Positions 34,905 through 38,286 of a stretch of 38,286 nucleotides of DNA are shown here, piece after piece (the stretch's first letter is position 1; each line of letters opens with the position of its first letter). The notes under the pieces were generated by a model, which was not told where the DNA came from, ran no database searches, and was given only the letters and a program-made list of their open reading frames with translations. The position numbers and the translations under genes are program-made. The stretch is from Planctomycetota bacterium (GTDB lineage: Bacteria; Planctomycetota; UBA11346), in the NCBI GenBank assembly GCA_038213805.1, contig JBBQSO010000050.1, forward strand, positions 1-38,286. The letters are read 5' to 3'.

Positions 34905-37649
34905 TCAGACCTGCCGTCCAAACAGCATCAACGCGTGACGACCCCCGAACGCGAGGATCATTCCCGCGATCAGCGCCAAACCTGAGCCGACCCCACAGCC
35001 ACCGCCGCCACTGTTCCCGGCATCTTTTGCGACCGTCTCTGAGGTGGGTGGCGCAGGTGAAGTGACCGTGATTGAGCGAGTCTGCGCTGCCCCGGTATCA
35101 ACGCCACCGTGAGCCGTGCCGCCATCGTCGGTAGCGACCAGCATGAAGCTGGCCGTGCCGCTGTGTCCCGCTGCCGGAGTGTAGGTCAGTTCTCCCGCTG
35201 GGCTGACCGCTGGGAGCACCAGGAACAGCGTCGGGTCCGAGATGCCGGTGATGGTGAAAAGCATGATCTGCGACGGATCGCCGGTGCCGGGGGACATGCC
35301 GGTGACCCAACCGACGACCTGCTGCGGCGTTCCGTTGGCGATGACGCTCTGATCCGCTCCGGCGTTGAATAGAGGAGGGTGGTTGCGCCACTGGACGTCG
35401 ATGGTGATCGTCGCTGGATCAGAGACGCTGGCCCAGTCGCGCATGGTAGCAGCGAAGTCGTCACCCGTGACATGATCGGGAGCACGGTAGAGCACGCGGT
35501 TCTGCGCATTGGTCACCGGCGAAGGAACTACCGTGATCGCGGCTCCGGCAGCCCCCACAGCCGTCACCTGAAAGAGCGTGCCCGCGAGCGGCAGACGGGT
35601 GATCCGTGCGCTCTGGGCTCCGCCTCCCGCTGTTGCGGAACCCAGGGTGATGATCAGGTCCTGATCCAGCCACGTCACGACACTCTGTGCGGCGAGCACC
35701 GGATGCTTTTTGAAGGCCATGAACTGATCCGGTCGTGGCGACGACAAGGAGGGGACCGTCACCGACAGCGTGCTGGCCGTGACAGTGATCGACTGCACCA
35801 CCTGCGGTGCTAGGCCATCGCCCCACGTGTCATACCACAGAATATCGTAGGTCCCGGCCGGGACACCCGAGACAGTCAGCGTCTGCCCGCCTACAACTGC
35901 CTGGGGAACAGCAGTGGACATGATCCACGCGCATCCGTGATCACCGGCGGTCTGCTTCCAGACTTTGGTGGTGCCGGTCGGTTGCACAACTTGCCGGGTG
36001 AGGTCGCCAGCGCCGACAAACGGCAACTGGGCCAGGATCCGGGCATGAGCGGCCAAGGTGGTCTGCATGGCCTGCCCTGCGGTGCCGTCGACCAGCCGCG
36101 GAAAATCTTGGCCGTCGCACCACAGCAGGGGGGACAACGCACCGCCAGCAGAAAAATCTGCCCACACTCCGTTATGCAGATGCGCCGGTTGGGTGGCTGC
36201 CGGGGATCCGGTCACCATCCCGCCGAATTCGCTATGGAAGCACGGTGTGCCATGTCCGAGCATGGTGGTGATGTTGTTGGCGAGCGTCGTTGCCACACCC
36301 ACGTCACTGGTCTTCGATGTGTACGAATCGGTCGCCAGCAAATTGAAGACGTTGCCCGGATCGAAAAGCACCTGATCGCTGCGGCTGAAGGTGATGGGAT
36401 AGCGGCCAGAGTCGCTGCGGTACGGATCGTGGTCAGCGAACCACTGGCGGACCTCACTACACCACGCGCCAGCCTGCGTCGGAGATGCCACAAAGGCACT
36501 AGTGCCCTCCATCTCGACCACGCCGACCCAGCCAATGACGGCGGTGCTGGCGCCCCAACGGGCGATGAGGTAGCGGTAGAACGCCTGCTGGCGCAGCCAT
36601 TGCTCGGTCTGGTTGCCGCCAGAATCGCGGGTCTTCATGAAGTCGTTGGCGCTGCAGATCAGACTGTAGGCATTGTTGGTCCAGGATCCCGCGCCCCATG
36701 GATGGCCGGCGGCGCGCAATTGGTCATGGGCCCAGATTGAGGGCAGGAGATAGACTCCAGCGGCCTCGGCCCGTTCGACCACGCCATCCAGGTAGAGGCA
36801 GGCGTCCTGGTTGTAGATGCCGATGCCCTGATCGACATTCTCGATCGGGGCCCGCTCGGCGTAGGTGCCGGTGGTGGTCTCCCACGGAGTGCTGAGCCAG
36901 AAGGACAGCAGATCCTCGCCGTTGGCCGTCATTGAGCGTCCGCTCGGTAGCGCCGCGATTGCTGGCAGTGGGCCATAGGCGTCGATGGCCGGGGTGGCGC
37001 CGGAAAATGCTGGCTGCTCAACGGTCGGCAGCCAGCCGTTGTTGTGGCCAATCCCGTGGAAGACCACTCCCCGGGCGTCGACGAAACGCTCGCCATCGTC
37101 ACGCATGAAGCCGCGGGCTGACGCGGTGACGCAGGTGAAGGCTCCGACGGTGCCGTTGGCCGCGCCTGACGGATCACGAGCGCTGACCCGATAGGTCCAG
37201 CTGCCGGTGAGGCCCGGAGCGAAACGCACGCGCCACGTCGTCCCGTCCCAGAAACCGGGCACGACCGTCGCGCGGCCAGCGGGATCAGTAAAGGTCGCGG
37301 TCAGGTCGACCCCGCCGCGCAGGGGATCCGGCTCGAAGAACTGGTTGGTGGCGGCAGTGATCGCCGAGAGATCGACGCGCAGCTCAACTCGCCCGAAGCA
37401 TGGGACAGTGGCGGAATCGCCGGGCTGCACGAGGCTGGTCAAGGCGATGGCGATGGGCCCGGCAGGAATCGATCGTGCGGCCATGCGGACCGTCTGGAGG
37501 CGGATACCGGATTGGTGGTTGGCAGCGGCAGCCGCAGCGGCGCGCATGGCGGCAAGACGCTCTGCGGGAGGCGATGGGACTTCTGCGGCGAAACTCATCG
37601 CCTGAGCCAGCAGCAACATTATTAGCACCAAGTGCATCGCGCTGGTCAT
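34905..37649 (-). CDS. Secreted DUF5060-like + clan GH-A-like TIM barrel + Ig-like domains + C-terminal Gly-Cys/TM anchor
   Basis: ATFTDPAG...PGFWDG...WRVRFAP...GSWTY, RYLIARWG, VVEMEG, HSEFG, NHPPLF...GELTYTPA...ATDDGGT and GGGGCGVGSG+TM. Confidence 0.8.
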   Translation of the reverse strand: MTSAMHLVLIMLLLAQAMSFAAEVPSPPAERLAAMRAAAAAAANHQSGIRLQTVRMAARSIPAGPIAIALTSLVQPGDSATVPCFGRVELRVDLSAITAATNQFFEPDPLRGGVDLTATFTDPAGRATVVPGFWDGTTWRVRFAPGLTGSWTYRVSARDPSGAANGTVGAFTCVTASARGFMRDDGERFVDARGVVFHGIGHNNGWLPTVEQPAFSGATPAIDAYGPLPAIAALPSGRSMTANGEDLLSFWLSTPWETTTGTYAERAPIENVDQGIGIYNQDACLYLDGVVERAEAAGVYLLPSIWAHDQLRAAGHPWGAGSWTNNAYSLICSANDFMKTRDSGGNQTEQWLRQQAFYRYLIARWGASTAVIGWVGVVEMEGTSAFVASPTQAGAWCSEVRQWFADHDPYRSDSGRYPITFSRSDQVLFDPGNVFNLLATDSYTSKTSDVGVATTLANNITTMLGHGTPCFHSEFGGMVTGSPAATQPAHLHNGVWADFSAGGALSPLLWCDGQDFPRLVDGTAGQAMQTTLAAHARILAQLPFVGAGDLTRQVVQPTGTTKVWKQTAGDHGCAWIMSTAVPQAVVGGQTLTVSGVPAGTYDILWYDTWGDGLAPQVVQSITVTASTLSVTVPSLSSPRPDQFMAFKKHPVLAAQSVVTWLDQDLIITLGSATAGGGAQSARITRLPLAGTLFQVTAVGAAGAAITVVPSPVTNAQNRVLYRAPDHVTGDDFAATMRDWASVSDPATITIDVQWRNHPPLFNAGADQSVIANGTPQQVVGWVTGMSPGTGDPSQIMLFTITGISDPTLFLVLPAVSPAGELTYTPAAGHSGTASFMLVATDDGGTAHGGVDTGAAQTRSITVTSPAPPTSETVAKDAGNSGGGGCGVGSGLALIAGMILAFGGRHALMLFGRQV

Positions 37650-37743
37650 GGCTCGCCCCGGGGATGCCCATCAATGTCGGGTATGCGCGAAGCGGGCAAT
37701 CGCTGGCCAGCAGCTCCAGAATTGGCGACGCATGGCAACGTAA

Positions 37744-37781
37744 GCGCAGTGGGGGTGGCCGATCGGCCACCCCCACTGCGC
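37744..37781. terminator. Perfect 38-bp palindrome just downstream of mdh (probable terminator)
   Basis: GCGCAGTGGGGGTGGCCGA|TCGGCCACCCCCACTGCGC; weak U-tract. Confidence 0.65.
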
Positions 37782-37801
37782 AGGACATCTCCGGATACCG
37801 C

Positions 37802-38286
37802 TTACAGCATCTCTTTGACCAGATCACGCTCACCGACGAGTTCATCGTTGGTCGCCTTGATCTTGGCCTTGGCGAAGTCGTTGTGCTGGAAGCTGCGATC
37901 GACGGTGTAGGTGCCGTAAGACGTGGTGCGCAGCGGGACGCTGGCCCAGATGCCTTCGGCGAAGCCATAGGTGTTGCCGTCCTGGTAGATCGCCAGCGAG
38001 TGCAACGTGGTGCCGACGGTGCACAGCGCCCTCACATGGTCGATCAGGGCATTGGCAGCGGAGGCCGCGCTGGACAGGCCACGGGCTTCCAGGATTGCGG
38101 CGCCGCGCTTGCCGACGGTGGGCAGCAGGACCTCCTTCAGCCACGCATGGTCGGCGATCACCTCGGTGACCGGCTTGCCGTCGATGCGCGCGTTGAAGAA
38201 ATCCGAGTACATGGTGGGCGAGTGGTTGCCGTAGATCACCAGGTCGTGCACGGCGGTCAGCGGCACGCCGGCCTTCTTGGCGATCT
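37802..38286 (-). CDS. mdh: Malate dehydrogenase (type 2 MDH), 3' part; 5' end outside the window
   Basis: GNHSPTMY and KRGAAILEARGLSSAASAANA. Confidence 0.93.
   Translation of the reverse strand, partial: IAKKAGVPLTAVHDLVIYGNHSPTMYSDFFNARIDGKPVTEVIADHAWLKEVLLPTVGKRGAAILEARGLSSAASAANALIDHVRALCTVGTTLHSLAIYQDGNTYGFAEGIWASVPLRTTSYGTYTVDRSFQHNDFAKAKIKATNDELVGERDLVKEML

Noticed and set aside
31403..37740. Prophage or intact integrative element at tRNA-Asn
   Set aside because: No integrase, phage or conjugation genes and no att duplication seen in the window.

Overview
A GC-rich bacterial window. The gene families suggest Planctomycetota/PVC (PVC-type dehydrogenase, DUF1559-like pilin motif); this is an inference. 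The left part holds a flagellar regulatory cluster: a membrane protein, fliA, fliK-like and flhB-C-like on the minus strand, divergent from fliW-csrA-HDOD. It is followed by an ABC ATPase/NYN pair and a TetR-controlled tripartite ABC efflux operon. The centre holds a putative motility module: REC/pseudo-anti-sigma, STAS-like, a membrane protein with seven FliM-N/CheZ-C-like 'QxDIDAL' peptides, an STN+TPR protein, a secreted protein and a FliT/FlgN-like protein. Next come phoD-like, cysM, a BFD-like ferredoxin, a PVC dehydrogenase-cupredoxin fusion, a pilin-motif protein and tRNA-Asn. After the tRNA is a lower-GC segment (SPFH + NAD-kinase-like, esterase, DUF5060/GH-A-like protein), then the 3' part of mdh. 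The top candidates for novelty are (1) the multi-CheY-docking-peptide membrane protein and its TPR operon, and (2) a ~240-nt non-coding transcription unit at ~145-388 (-) with a TATAAT promoter, paired ends and an intrinsic terminator, next to a heptamer repeat array that recurs at 23.4-23.6 kb. All family calls come from motif recognition by eye; no searches were run.
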